Below, one piece after another: positions 38,420-51,159 of a stretch of DNA of 64,000 nucleotides (positions are counted from its first letter, which is position 1; each line of letters begins with the position of its first letter). The notes beneath the pieces were generated by a model. The model did not search any database. It was not told the DNA's origin and saw only the letters and a list, made by a program, of their open reading frames with translations. Source of the stretch: Felis catus (taxonomy: Eukaryota). The translations under genes were made by a program, and so were the position numbers. The stretch covers positions 220,412,001-220,476,000 of the forward strand of contig NC_058368.1 of the NCBI RefSeq assembly GCF_018350175.1. The letters run 5' to 3'.

Positions 38420-38652
38420 TAAGAGTGTAAGATCATGGGCCTCCTGCCTGGGTTTGTAGCTGGGCTCTGTCATACCGTCTGGTATTGTCCATGTTACATA
38501 AACATGAACCTGCTGTGCCTCAGATTTCTCACATGTAAATTGGAGATAATATTAGTACTTGTCCCATTAGGTTTTTGTGAAGAACAAGTTACCTAATACA
38601 CATAAAGTGCTTAGAATACTGCCCAATGTATACTATGCATTCATTAATATTT
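38420..38652 (+). mobile_element. MIR SINE
   Basis: Core ctgtgcctcagatttctcacatgtaaattggagataatattagtac and 3' aaagtgcttagaatactgcc. Confidence 0.85.
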
Positions 38653-38916
38653 GAGAAAACTAGACAGGGCATGACCAACTGGTCATCTGTGCAAGAGATA
38701 AAGGGATATTCAGAGAGAAGTTTGATGTTATAGATGACTGGTCTAAATGGTAAACAATGAGATCCAGAAAGTATCTTGAAAGATTTATAGAGAAGAAACC
38801 AGGGAGGAATTGAATCTTACCCAAGGAGAGATAGGGGTATGAATTTGGGTGAAGGCGAATGACTTGAGAAGCTGGGACCCTTGGAAATGAAAGATGGTCT
38901 GATTAGAACTCTGTGT

Positions 38917-39570
38917 CAGGGTTGGCAAACTCTTTCTGTGAAGGGACAAATAATAAATATTTTAGCAGCACTTGGTCTCTGTTCACAGCTTCTTAATTCT
39001 CTCATTTAGTGTGGAAGTGTCCATAGATACTATGGAAAGAAATTTCTGTGCCTGTGTTTCAGTAAAGTTTTATTTATAAATGTAGGCAGTGAGTCAGATT
39101 TAGCCTGTGGGCTGAAAGTTGCATTAATTTGTATTAGGACTGTCATAACAAAGGGGCACAACGTAGGTGACTTAAACAACAAATATCTCTCATAGTTGTG
39201 GAGACTAGAGTTCTGAGATCAAGGTGTCAGTAGGTTTGGTTTCTTCTGATGGTTCTGAGGGTAGAAGCTTGTCTGTTCAGGCCTCTCCTCTTGGCTTGGA
39301 GATACACTCTTCTCCTTGTGTCTCTTTACACAGCATTTTCCCTCACTGCATTTTAGCCCTGAAATTTTCCTTTTATATAAAACAGCACTCATACTAAACC
39401 GGGTCTATGCTAATGGCCTCATTTTAAGTTGATCAGTAAATGATCAATAAATTTGTAAAGGCCCTGTCTCCCAATAAATTCACATTCCGAGGTGCTTTGG
39501 GATTAGCATTTGTACACGTGAATTTAGGGGGTGGGGGCATGATTCAACCCATAATAGTTCCTGACTCTGG
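38917..39570. mobile_element. MER58A hAT MITE with MLT1 inserted near its end
   Basis: cagggttggcaaactctttctgtgaaggg...aaagttttatttataaa...gatttagcctgtgggctg[MLT1]gttcctgactctg. Confidence 0.8.
39120..39556 (-). mobile_element. MaLR LTR (MLT1B-like)
   Basis: aggactgtcataacaaa...gagatcaaggtgtcagtaggtttggtttcttctga...gggggcatgattcaacccataata. Confidence 0.85.
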
Positions 39571-40222
39571 CTCAAAGATAAAGATCTATATTCTTTTCTC
39601 ACAATCACCTTCTCCCTGTTATTGGTTTCTGAGGCCATATAGGGGACGGTGATGTTACTTCTTTATAAAGTCATTTTTCTAGAGACTTATGATAGGAATA
39701 GAAAGTTGATCTCCGTCAGCAGCAGCCATAGCATCCTGATATCTCAGCATTGATGTTGTTGCTTCGCCTAAATGTAAATGAAGCTCTGCCTTATGCTTTC
39801 ATCTTGACAAACGCTACTAGAAAACTATGCCTAAATTTCAAGAGGTAACTGGATACAGAAATCAGAGTCACTGGCTGGCCATGTCAAGAGGTTCAGGGCT
39901 GCAACATGGCCACGAGGACCACGTACTTCATCACATTGATAACTGCTGTCTGAGGAAGACCAACAGAACACCACCAGCTGCTGCACCGAAAGCACTCTGG
40001 TGCTCTCCTGAAGACAAACACTTGCCTAACAGTGACTCTCCCTTACTGTGGTATAAGTGCAGAGATTGGCATGTGCCTCTTACCACCTCTCCACTTCGGC
40101 CTTCCTCCCATGACACAACCCCACCCATCTCCCCACCAACAGACCATTCGCAGGAAGAACAAGTTCTACTTTTTTGGAGAAGTGAACATGAAAAGTGAGC
40201 ATGAAGGGAACAACGACAGGAC

Positions 40223-40228
<6 letters not shown>

Positions 40229-40259
<31 letters not shown>

Positions 40260-40268
40260 ATGTGCACG
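40229..40268. repeat. (GT)n microsatellite
   Basis: Directly visible. Confidence 0.95.
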
Positions 40269-40859
40269 TAGCTCAATGCATATTAGCCGTTTCGTGGTTG
40301 CAGGTGAACGTATGATGTCAACAAGGGTGAGGTCACTTATGGGAGGTACAGAAGCCACAGGAAGGGAAAGACCAAACTCAAGACTAAAAGAGCTAAATTT
40401 GACTGCGATGAAAGCATCTATATTTTTGTCACATTTATGCATGCATTTAAAATTATTCAATTGTGTGGATATATATATGCACATATATGTATACATACAC
40501 ACACACACACACATATATATATAGTACATATATCCGTATATTTTAAAAGCTTTTAAAGGTGGTGAGGCGATGGTGAAGGTCTAGAAACTAAAGGAGCAAT
40601 TTTGCCTACTTCACAGTTTGCATCAGGCTATGTTAAGCATGTGGCTGCTTCGGAGAGTTCCAGGAAACTTGTAAGCAACTAAAATAGTTTTTCTACCTAA
40701 CGTTTCACTTGTAGTCAGATTCCTTCACAGTGTATTATAAATGATTTAGAGAAGTTATGATCATTTTCTTATGTAAGCGAAAAACTCCCATATCCTGGTT
40801 CTCCTGCTGGAATTATTAGGATATAAAAGCGAATGTTGGCACATTTACAACAATCATGT

Positions 40860-41700
40860 ATAATAAGACCCAACCTTTATTTAGCTCTTACTATGTGCCA
40901 GTGCTTTTGAAGTCATTTTAATGTGTATTTACTCCTTTAATCCTCTCAGGGAAACTAAGAGGCAAATATACTGTTTTTAACCACAGTTTCAGGGCACAAG
41001 AAAATTGCATTTGTTTTCTAGGCTGTGCAACAAACTACCACAAACTTAGCAGCTTAAAATAACACGAATTTGTAATGTCCTGGTCTCTGAGGGTAAAGGA
41101 GTCTGAGCACAACTTGGCTGGATCCGTTGCTCAGAGACTTACATGGCTAAAAGCGCGGTGTCACCATCCCGTGGTTTTCTTCTGGACCTCAGAGTCCTGT
41201 TTGAAGCTCACTCAGATGTTAACAGAATTCTGTTCCTTGTGGTTGTAGGGCCGAGGCTCCCAACTCCTCCAGGCTAACCCTCTTTATAGACAGTTGGCAA
41301 CATGGCTGTTTGCTTCTCCTCTACCGGGCCAAAAGGAAAATATCTGCGGTTGCTTTGAATCCTTCTAAAGCTTCTTTATTTTGACCTCAAGGCTATCTTT
41401 AAAATGGTTCACCTGGTGACATTAGCTCCACCCAGGATGATTCTATCTCTCACAAACTTGAACACAACTGATTAATGACTTAATGGAAGTCGAATTCCAT
41501 TATATTCACAAGTCTTTCCTGCAGTCAAGGGGAGAGATTTAAACAGGATGTATATATCAAAGGCAGAAATCTTCGATCCCTGCCTACCACAAAACTTAAG
41601 GCAAAGAAGGGAGGTGTAACTTACCTCTCATGACAAAGTTAGTAAGTAATTGGAACTCAGGCGATTTGTATTTAAATTCCACGTTGATAACCACTATGTT
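40860..41700 (-). mobile_element. MIR split by an MLT1 insertion
   Basis: tttatttagctcttactatgtgccag...tttaatcctc...gaaaat[MLT1]aaacttaaggca...gaactcaggc...aaccactatg. Confidence 0.7.
41006..41591 (-). mobile_element. MaLR LTR (MLT1E/F-like)
   Basis: aacaaactaccacaaacttagcagcttaaaataacac...cagaattctgttccttgtggttgtagg...ctgcctaccaca. Confidence 0.85.
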
Positions 41701-41757
41701 GCACCATGTAATGAGAAGGAAGAGTTTCAGCTCATACCTTTTAGCCATTACATCTAA

Positions 41758-42272
41758 TGTTAAGAACTGTGAAGGACATGGGATTTTATCCTACTGGTAA
41801 GGTAACTAGTTAGCTTTCCACAGTTTCATAGGAGCTAGAAGAAGACACACGATTCTTGAGTCAGAGACAACAATCTATTACTCATAGAAATAACAGTAGC
41901 CAGAATATCCTCATTTACACTGGTTTCCTGAGCCTCAGTTCTTACAGGATGAAACAAAAAGGGTCACATGATATCTGCACATGTATTAGAAATTGTGTTA
42001 TAGGAAGAGAAACTCTCATTTAGGGAACCAGATATCTTATACTGCACAGAAGCCTGACTGATGTCTGCCCCAAAGGAAGATAGTATCTTTATTATACTAC
42101 ACAGTAAGCAAATCTGCCCTTTTCTCTATAGGGAGATACTATATTTATTTTCCAAGGCAGTTTGCTATACACCCATCCTGGAAAAGATAGTCCTCAACAC
42201 AACCAGCTAAGGCTTTGTTTTGCAAGGTGTTCAAAAACATGAGAAATCTGTGGAGAATTTTATTACCCAACA
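41758..42272 (-). mobile_element. ERV1 3' LTR (MER89/MER90/MER110-like)
   Basis: tgttaagaactgtgaagg ... ggagaattttattacccaaca; collinear with 44135-44601. Confidence 0.82.
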
Positions 42273-42349
42273 GTATACACCTGTTGTATCTACACCATCT
42301 TGGTTTCCAGTGATTTTTCCCATAATTACCTTGGCCTCTCTGATTAATC

Positions 42350-43600
42350 TTACTGATAGAGACTGGAGCAAAATCCACTCAGTTTGTTCCATAAATTCTT
42401 TAACAAATTGACTACCAGTAATACTGCAAAGAGCAGCATGAAGCCAGTCTGTAGTGTTGGCCTCACACATGTCCCCCAAGACCATAAATCTAACCAACTG
42501 AACAAATTTCACAAATCATGAGAGCCTACCTTAACAGAGCAGCTGACTTTCTCAAGTTTTTCTGTTGACCTTCCCACCTGGCCTGAGACATTAATCAAGG
42601 AAAAGCATGATGTGCTAGTAATTGTGCAGACTCCAGCTTGCCTAGCAAGAAGAAAGTCTAAGACATTTCTATCATTCATTACAACACCAGTCAGTGAGTG
42701 GAGGGTGACTTGAACACCCTCCGAGGCCAAAATGTTGACTTCGATCACTTGAGCTAAAGTCAAGAACAATTTCCATATAATCTTTTCTAGTTGAATGACT
42801 CCCTCTGATGGAAAATTGCCATAGCCTGCTCATAGATAATGAGTCAGTTGTCCTCTGGAAGCTTCCCTGAGTAAGTAAAGCTAGTTTGATTCTGGAGAAA
42901 TGCATGTACTTTTTTTTTTCAAAGCTACATGATCTACTGGTGGTGTTTAATTAAATACTTGGAGGCATTTTATGATTACCCTTTAAGATGCAAGTTACTG
43001 TCTCTTCAGTAGGGAGATAAGTTAATTTCTGCCTACTACTCAAGAGGTAGAGTCCCAGGGATATACACAATGACCTTGTAAAAAAGAAACAAAAATATTG
43101 TTTAAAGGTGTTAAAAGTGACTCACACAGTTACTTTTTTTAATAAGAAGTCCAGCTTAATCCAAGACATCTGCTGCCCTATTTTCATAACATCTCTTAAA
43201 TTTTTGCCTTCTTTCAATTTAAGGGCTAGGAGATTTTTTCCAAAGCTGTAGGTCTGGTCCTAAGAATTTAGATAGAATTCTTTGGGCCAGTTGGTCATTC
43301 TCCAGTGGCTCGTTGGGAAACTAAGAGTTTGAACACAAATCAATCCCTAGTTTATGATTTCCCACAGGACTTTTTCTGCCTGGGGGAAATCTGCCCAGGA
43401 GGGCCAAATATCCCTTAGAGCAGTGAGGGTCCATGAAAGGATCTAATATGGCGAGATAGATGGCAGGAGGACTGAGCTTTAAAACAACAGCTGTTGTTAC
43501 TCCTCCTTAAAAAGTAACACGTGCCCCTCCTCTTCATCTTTCGATTAAACCAGCCAGTTATAATGAATTGTGTGGCATGTGTCCACAAAAGTCACATGTT
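42350..43600 (-). pseudogene. env: Degraded gamma-type retroviral env (SU remnant plus TM)
   Basis: ORF 42509-42769 encodes a heptad repeat, ISD-like VMNDRNVLDFLLARQAGVC and the CX6CC-derived CTITSTSCF; after a TGA the same frame gives NLFSWLDLWSWG and the hydrophobic anchor GFMLLFAVLLVVNLL. Confidence 0.88.
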
Positions 43601-43605
43601 TCCCT

Positions 43606-43796
43606 TCCTTTTTTTTTTTTAATTAATTTATTTTGAGAGAGAGAGAAATGGGGAAAGACAGAGAGAGGGAGAGGAAAAATCCCGAGCAGGCTCTGCACTG
43701 TCAGTGCAGAGCCGGACGTGAGGCTCAAATCCACAAACCATACCATGACCAGAGCTGAAGTCAGATGCTTAACTGACTGAGCCACCCAGGCGCCCC
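43606..43796 (-). mobile_element. CAN-SINE inserted in the ERV internal region
   Basis: Reverse head gactgagccacccaggcgcccc; TSD acatgtttccct / acctatttccct. Confidence 0.96.
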
Positions 43797-44134
43797 ACCT
43801 ATTTCCCTGTATTTAATATTCAACATGGGTGCATGTCCCTGAGGCTGACCACCAGGTTCGCCAGATCCTCCCACGCAGACCAGCATTAACAATAACCAGG
43901 GCCCAATAAGTGTCTTTGAACCTGTAGGCTCATCTTGGTTATGGCCTGCAAGAACCTATTCAGTCTCCCTCACGAATAAGCAGGAGTGAAGGACCATTCA
44001 TTGTGCAATAGTTGATTATAAAATTTAGCTGACATGTTTGCTACAAATTCCCATAGACTCCCCCAAATTCTGATAACTGGCTCCAAAATCCTCATCCCTT
44101 CTCTCCCAGCAACCCATGTTTCCACTGATTATTC

Positions 44135-44601
44135 TGTCAAGAACTCTGAAGGATTGGATCCTTTATCTACTTGAAAGCTGAAAAGTTTGCCTTTATTTTT
44201 TCCTGGATTCTGGCAGAAAGCACGAAACTTCTGAGTCAGAGACAAAGGAGAGTTTATTACATATACAAATAGCAGTAGCAGAGAATTAGCATTTGTGCCA
44301 ATTCTCCAAGCTTTAAAGTGGCAGGGTGCATTACCAGGGAGGGAGACTCCAAACATAAAAAATCCAATTTTTTTTTTTTTTTTAATGAACCTACCTGACC
44401 TCTGTCCTGGAGAGAATGGTTATATTTGTTATACTAGACAGTAAACAAACTTGCTTTTTGCTCTAGAAGGGGATACTATCTCCATCTTTCAAGGCTACTG
44501 GCTACATAAAATCACTGAAAAATAGTCTGGAATAAAATCAGCCCATGCCTTTGCTTAAAAAACAAGCAGAAAGAGGGAATCATGGAGAATTGCCTCCAGT
44601 A
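44135..44601 (-). mobile_element. ERV1 5' LTR (same group as 41758-42272)
   Basis: tgtcaagaactctgaagg...tgagtcagagacaa...acagtaaacaaa...gatactat...catggagaattgcctcc. Confidence 0.8.
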
Positions 44602-46145
44602 TTTATTTACCTCTTTAAAATTGCTTCCTTCTTTCAAATAGAAATGTACTAACTTTCCTTCAGAGAACATAAGTTTACACATAACTATATTTTTTTTGTA
44701 ATCACAAAAGTTGCCAATATTTACTCTTTATTAGGCAGGCACTGATTTATATATTTTTACATATATTAACTCATTTAATATTTACTACATCCCTATGAGC
44801 TAAGCGTTATTAAGGCCTGTAGTATCCTACATGGTTGCAAGTTTATTTTTATGAATAGAAGCAGTTGAAATAATTTTAATATAGAGAGTAAAACCATGTA
44901 TAAAGGCACAGATGATGTAAAGCATGTTATAATAAATTGATAAGTAAAAAAGAATATAATGGTAAAAGGAGTATAATAAAATTTTGTCATATGAGCAAAT
45001 GTAACCAATGGGTTCTCTGCACCTATTTGTTGGGAATTTTATTTCTCTTTAATTAGAGTTCAAGGGGAGTTCTCTGTCCCACTATATGACCTGGTCCTTC
45101 TCAAGATTTTGCAACTTTCTTTTATTCTACATCTAAAATTGTTGTCTGTCACTTTAGAAAGTTTGGCATAAGGAAGCCCTTAGTTTTCATGCTCTAGCAT
45201 TGAGAGCGACAACAAATTAAATCATCACAATAATAATCTATAGTAGAAAAGCCTTTGATAATAATTAGGTTATTTGAGAGAAATACAAATGCTTTTAAGT
45301 ACTCATTGTAACACAGCATAGTGATTAAGTAAGTGATTAAGTAGGTTAGTGATTTTCCTATTATCACTTACTATTTAGACTTTGTAGCTAGACTAGTTAG
45401 AATCCAGATTATAATACTAATTGGTTTGTAATCTTAGGTAATTTAAAGTTCTCTGAGCCTTATTTGTCCCGTCTCTTACATTGAAATACCTTGATTATGG
45501 GAGGATGCTGTGCAGGTGTGGTTTATCACATCAGGGTCACCAGTTGTGTGTTTGGCTTTCAGCTTTGTCCAGCAAAGCCTAGGATGATAGAAAAGATTTC
45601 TCAAGACTCCACAAGTCAAGACAGGTGGGAGGGAGGCTGAGGGAAGTCTCCCCGAGCTGCTGTCAAGCTCCCAGATTTGTTAGGTACACATTATAGGGAA
45701 ATATTGCACAATACGTCCATGGCTATATGTTGGTAACAACGTATAGAAAGCTTCAAAAAAACAAGGCATTCCCAAGACTACAAAACAGCAGATGTGCAAA
45801 ACAGGGTGGAGAGCAAGATAAGATATTCCATAGATAACATGGTCTACGGAATTCATGAGCACAGGCAGGACCCAACCCCTAAATACACATTAACTAGATA
45901 CTGGTCAGCTGTTTTTAGCATGGCCAGAAAGCAATGTAATGCTTAACCTATAATCTCCTTAACCAGTACATAGCTATTTGATTTCCCATAATACTATATG
46001 AATATTGCTTATTTAAACCCCTATTAAAGATAAAATAATAAATGGTAGAAAGTATTTAGTGTGGTTCAACTAAATTCATTGAAATCCTATAATACATTGA
46101 GTATTGCATTTGATTGGGAATACGTAGGTGAATAAAACAGTTTCT

Positions 46146-46248
46146 GGGGCACCCGGCTGGCTCAGTCAGTAGAGCATACAACTCTTGATCTTGGGGTCGT
46201 GATTTTGAGCCCCATGTTGGGGACAGAGATTACTTAAAATGTTTTTTA
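46146..46248 (+). mobile_element. Short old CAN-SINE (tRNA-Lys-like)
   Basis: ggggcacccggctggctcagtcagtagagcat...gagccccatgttggg...gagattactt; TSD acagtttct. Confidence 0.92.
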
Positions 46249-46977
46249 AATCACAGTTTCTGAACTAGAGGGGCAGATAGTTCACTTGGGACAGCTACAA
46301 ATAGCAAAAGATGACTATATAATCCACTAGGTACAGAAACATAACAAAATAAATACATTGGCATGTCAAGTGGTCCATCCTGGAGAGCGGGGTCTATTCT
46401 ACAACTTATACTGTGAGCATAACTATACTAGTCAAACAGGTGGATTCTGTGATCTGATATTGTGTATGTAGACAGTACTTTTGTGAAAACAGTGTGTTGT
46501 ATAGGGCATTTGTCCTGGCCTTTTGGTATGTGAAATCTTTCTACTGTGGACACAAATTTGGAAATGTGGGGACAATTTACTCACATTTATCTTCAATTGT
46601 GAAATAAAATTTGATTTTTCAAGCTGAAGAAAAGGATGAACAGCGAACATGAAAATGCATAGTATGTATGGAGTACTGCAAACAGTTGTGTAAAGGGACA
46701 CATGAGAAATGAGTGATACGTGAGAAAACAGTGGGCATCAAATATCATTCAAAGGAACTTAGAATAAAATCTAAAATTCTGCAGATTGCTGTTGGTCAAA
46801 GATTTGTCCCAAAACCACCAAGGATCCACTCTGCCAGACTCAAAACCTTTGGAAGTATGAACTAAAAATCTGCTCCTGTAATTGAATCCCCAGTGGAAAT
46901 CCCCAACTAAACAGACAGAATGGCAACTTCTGCTCTAGGTAAGCTGGAGCCATGGACTCAACAATTAGCTTTAAGGT

Positions 46978-47060
46978 TTCTTTTTCAAGTTTTTATTTTA
47001 ATTTCAGTTAGTTAATATACAATTTTATATTAATTTCAGGTGTGCATTATAGTAATTTTT
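46978..47060 (-). mobile_element. Carnivore L1 3' terminal fragment
   Basis: tttttatttaatttcagttagttaatatacaattttatattaatttcaggtgtgc. Confidence 0.7.
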
Positions 47061-47139
47061 TATAGATGACTTTAGTGTTTACAAGATAAACAATTCAAGG
47101 GCGACATATTGGAAGGGAGGTAGACAAACTAGGAGGCCA

Positions 47140-47510
47140 TTTATTCATTTATACAAAAAGAAAAAAAAGACTAGTAAGTGATAGGTGTACACAGCAGAGA
47201 AAAACCAGGCAGAGCTCTTTGAACTCTAAATTCTTCCAGAAAATCAAAAGATGACAGATAAGTCCATGTGTATTTTTTTTTTAAATAAGTTCAAGGTACC
47301 ATAAGGGCAAATACACACTAACCTAACAGACTGATGAACCAGGGAAAGCTTGAAGGGAATGATATTTGAACTTAGACCAAATAAGTAGAAATAATGTGGC
47401 GGAAGCCTGAAAGTGGAATTAGAGCATAGATTTCAAGGTAGAGGAAACATAATCACTGCAAGCCCGAAGGCATAGAAGAACATGGTTCTTTGAAGTAATG
47501 CAGTATTTTT
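47140..47510 (-). mobile_element. L2 3' fragment
   Basis: Purine-rich antisense L2-like text (gatatttgaacttagacc, tttcaaggtagaggaaaca, gaagaacatggttctttgaag). Confidence 0.55.
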
Positions 47511-48423
47511 TAAAAATCTTTTGCTGGAGGACGTCTTTAATAGTACAATATAATTATATAAATCCTCTTAAGAATTTAAGAATTCTTGTCATTTTAGATT
47601 TTACATTATAAATTATAGAGAAACGTTTCTTAATTAAAGTTTGTATTGTGAATGTTTTGATAGAATAGTTTACAACAATATAAATACAATATACTAACAC
47701 ATGTTTCAGATAGGGAAATTTGAGCCATTTAACAACAAGAAAGAATATTGTTTACTTTAAATAATTAAAAAATATGAGAATAATATGGTAATGCACAAGA
47801 TATTGTGCATAGATTATTTGGCGGGAAAGGTCTAGGACTAGATATATAATAAATGTAGACTAAAATATAATTATACTTCAAGATGTCTAACATAGATAAA
47901 ATGGTTTCATAAGCTGTTGTTTCTGCTTCTTGCATTTCTTTTACTTTTTTGGCTAAAAGAAATGAGTGTTTCATCCTAATTTTATACTTGGTTCCTAAAT
48001 AATGAGCTAGTAGAGAGGATTTACATTGCTATTTAAAAGCACAAATAACACATTAACACCTCATGGGTGCATATATTTTATCCCCAAGAAATATATAAAA
48101 TATGTAATTATAATCACTATTTTTTTCTCTTTTTAGCACTTACTTTGGTTTTGAAAGTTAAGAAATTTTGATGCAAATATTAAATGAATGCAACATATAA
48201 ATATGACAGTCATCTTGTTTGTTTCCAGAATTATTATTAAACTTACTATAATTCAAAATTGTCATTATTTATGCTTTCTATCCTCAACCAAGAGTTCAAT
48301 ATGGAAATAAATAAAAACAAATAAAAAAAGAAAGCAAATAAACTAATATCTTTTAAAAAAGACACAGATAACAGAGCAGTTCATATGAATTATTGGTTAT
48401 GTCACTAACAAGTTTATCTGTTT

Positions 48424-48635
48424 GGTGCCTGGGTGGCTCAGTCAGTTAAGCATCCGACTTCAACTCAGGGCATAATCTCAAGGTTTGTGAGTTCAAGACC
48501 CACGTCGTGGTCTGTTCTGACAGCTCAGAGCCTGGCGTCTTCTTCACATTCTGTGTCTCCCTCTCTCTCTCTCTCTGCTCCTCCTCTGCTCATGCTCTGT
48601 CTCTGTCTCTCAAAAATAAATAAACATTAAAAACA
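48424..48635 (+). mobile_element. CAN-SINE (feliform type)
   Basis: ggtgcctgggtggctcagtcagttaagcatccgact head, (CT)n, aaaataaataaacattaaaaa tail. Confidence 0.95.
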
Positions 48636-49906
48636 AATCATCTGAAGTAAAAAAAAAAAAAAAACTCTTATATAAGTTCACTTAATATCCATTCAGATTT
48701 CATACCACTATATTTTAGGTGGAGATATGTACAGCATTTATTTTATTATTGAGAAAAATACATTAAAGTAGAACTAATTATAATCCTTAGAAACATGGAC
48801 CCAGTGAAACAAGTTTGCAAATTTCTGGGTGTGGGGAAAAATCACAAAGTCAGAAACACTGGAATAAGGAGAAATTCCATGGAATCTAGTGGAGTAAGAA
48901 GGAGGTGATAGAAAAAGGGAGAGAGGGGAGGGGATTTTAAAGCTTCCAGTGGAATTTTTTAAGTATTCTAGCCTCTTTTCCTATTACTATCATGAAACAA
49001 CAGAATACATTAATCTGAAACTGGCATAATTAGCTAAGAATGCACAGAAGAAGCTTTGAAAAATTCAGGGAAAATTTGGTGGAATATGGACATTTTCATT
49101 ACTGTGGGATGAGGAGAATTAAACAGATTTAAGAAAAATTTAGAATAAAGCATCTCTGCGATTGTTCACATATGAGGGAAAAGGGGATCCCAAATTTCGG
49201 GGTTGATCAAGAAGTTGGATATTAGTGATGTTCTTTGGAAAAGGGAATGTGGAATGAGAATGTATAAGATGAAAAACATTACTATTGTGTTGGTAGTCAT
49301 GATTATTGTTATTTTTTATAATGCAACAGACTTGAAAATACATAAATGCTCATGAGAAGGGACGAGTACAGAGGAAGACATTGAAGTGGTAAGAAAAGGA
49401 AACAAATGTTATAATAAAATAGAAATTCATTTTATATAAGAATATAACAGTGAGGTACCTCATCTACAATATCAATAAAATTTAACAAATGGGATGGAGA
49501 CCTATTAGAAAAAACTATATGCGGCAATAACTTTATGCAAATACTGATACATTAATACTCTCTCCAAATAACTTATGTTTTATATGTGTGAGAGGAGGTA
49601 AAGACTGAGAAGAATGTGTTGGAGATTTGAGAAGTATGGAGAGCATTTTAAAAACTCTTGGTGGCGAATAGGAGACTAGAATTGCTTGTTGAGTGTCTAC
49701 TTCCGGTTGCAAGACCGATAATTGGTTTTTGTACCACACTACCTAACTGTGTGATTTTTCTCAGGCAGCACTCCAAAGGTAAGATGTAGTTGTGGAAAAG
49801 GTGAGATACTTAAAATTTGCTAAAATGGTTTGGCCACATAACAAAGAAGCAAAGAGGCCTGAAACTGTTAGCTGGAAATTGACAGAAGCTAAGGATTGAG
49901 TGAATG

Positions 49907-49960
49907 AGTGTGTGTGTGTGTGTGCGTGTGCGTGTCTGCGCATGCACGTGTGGGTGTGCA
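49907..49960. repeat. (GT)n/(GC)-mixed microsatellite
   Basis: Directly visible. Confidence 0.9.
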
Positions 49961-50144
49961 TATGCCTGCATATTATGTGAGAGTATTGGTTAATTAAGAG
50001 GAAGGAAAAGAAATTAAACTGCACTCAAAGCTTATTTCCTGAATGACTAGCAATATGGGAAATAGGAGAGAAGCTCCAACTTTTGGAAGGTGAAATTATT
50101 AGTTTAATTGTACTTGTGAAGACGGTATAAGTATCTGTGGATGC

Positions 50145-50848
50145 ATCATTTAGGGTGCTACCAGAAGACAGAAACCACACCATGTTTTGAAAAGGAAAAG
50201 CTTAATACAAATAACCATTTTTTTTTCACTAGGGGTTTAAAGTTCACAAGGGATCTGCTAATAAGAAGAGAGAGAATCTGAAGAGTGCCGCAATAAGAGA
50301 TTGAAGACACAATCATTAAGTCATTCCCCCCCGGCTGAGATAGAGCACACATGGAAGAATTTCTCTACTACAATCCAGACCTGAAATCCCGATCTCAGTG
50401 GAAAGGGCAGCAAGGCTTTGGCCTCTTGGCATTGAATGCCAGAGGAATCTGAGGAACCGTCCTGGCAGAAATTGCTGGAAATTGGCCCTCTGTGGTTCTG
50501 GGGAAAGCTGGCCAACAGGAGGTGCCCTATGTTGGAACTCTTAGCAAAGCCATTTGCAATTTTGCTTGGCTAAACTACTGGCTTCCTCACACTGCAGAAC
50601 TGGTGCTGAAAAAGCCACTTACGAAAGGAGCTGAATGCTGGAGAAACTTGACTGCAGGACCCTGTCCAGAGAAGTACACTGGAAGTTAAATACCTGTTTT
50701 TCCTTCACTGTTCCGCTGGTACCCTCTAACAACGTTCAAAATTGTGCCAGCCAACAAAGTACAAATATTAGAAGGGCCCAGCTATGTTTTCAGAGGAGGA
50801 AATAAAGGGTACATGTGAAACTGAGGTAATAATTTGACACATGGCAAC
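50145..50848 (-). mobile_element. Old LTR (MamGypLTR-like)
   Basis: Terminal text gggcccagctatgttttcagaggagg...aagggtacatgtgaaactgagg resembles mammalian gypsy-type LTRs (from memory). Confidence 0.45.
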
Positions 50849-51159
50849 TGCACAAGTTAATTTGTTGTAGAATCAATCACCATAACTTAGCATTGAAGAA
50901 AGCGTAAAGTTTGAGAAGGGAGCTTTGTTAACCTACAGGAGTTGGAAACCTGGCAAAAGGAATGGAATGGAGACATTGAAGATGTAGAACCATAACTAGG
51001 AAAAAATTGATGATTTAAAAATCACGGGCATTTCAGAATTAGAGAGTGGTCAGCAGTTTCAGATTTTGAGAAATGCGGTAAAATGGGGAATGTAAAAAAT
51101 ATTCCCATTTCAATTAGAAGACACCATGTTCATAGACATAATAAGAGGAAGCCCTATTT

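Noticed and set aside
42350..43600. Identity with a domesticated env such as syncytin-Car1 or HEMO
   Set aside because: Those are long intact ORFs; this copy has stops, frameshifts, a mutated CX6CC and an adjacent SINE insertion
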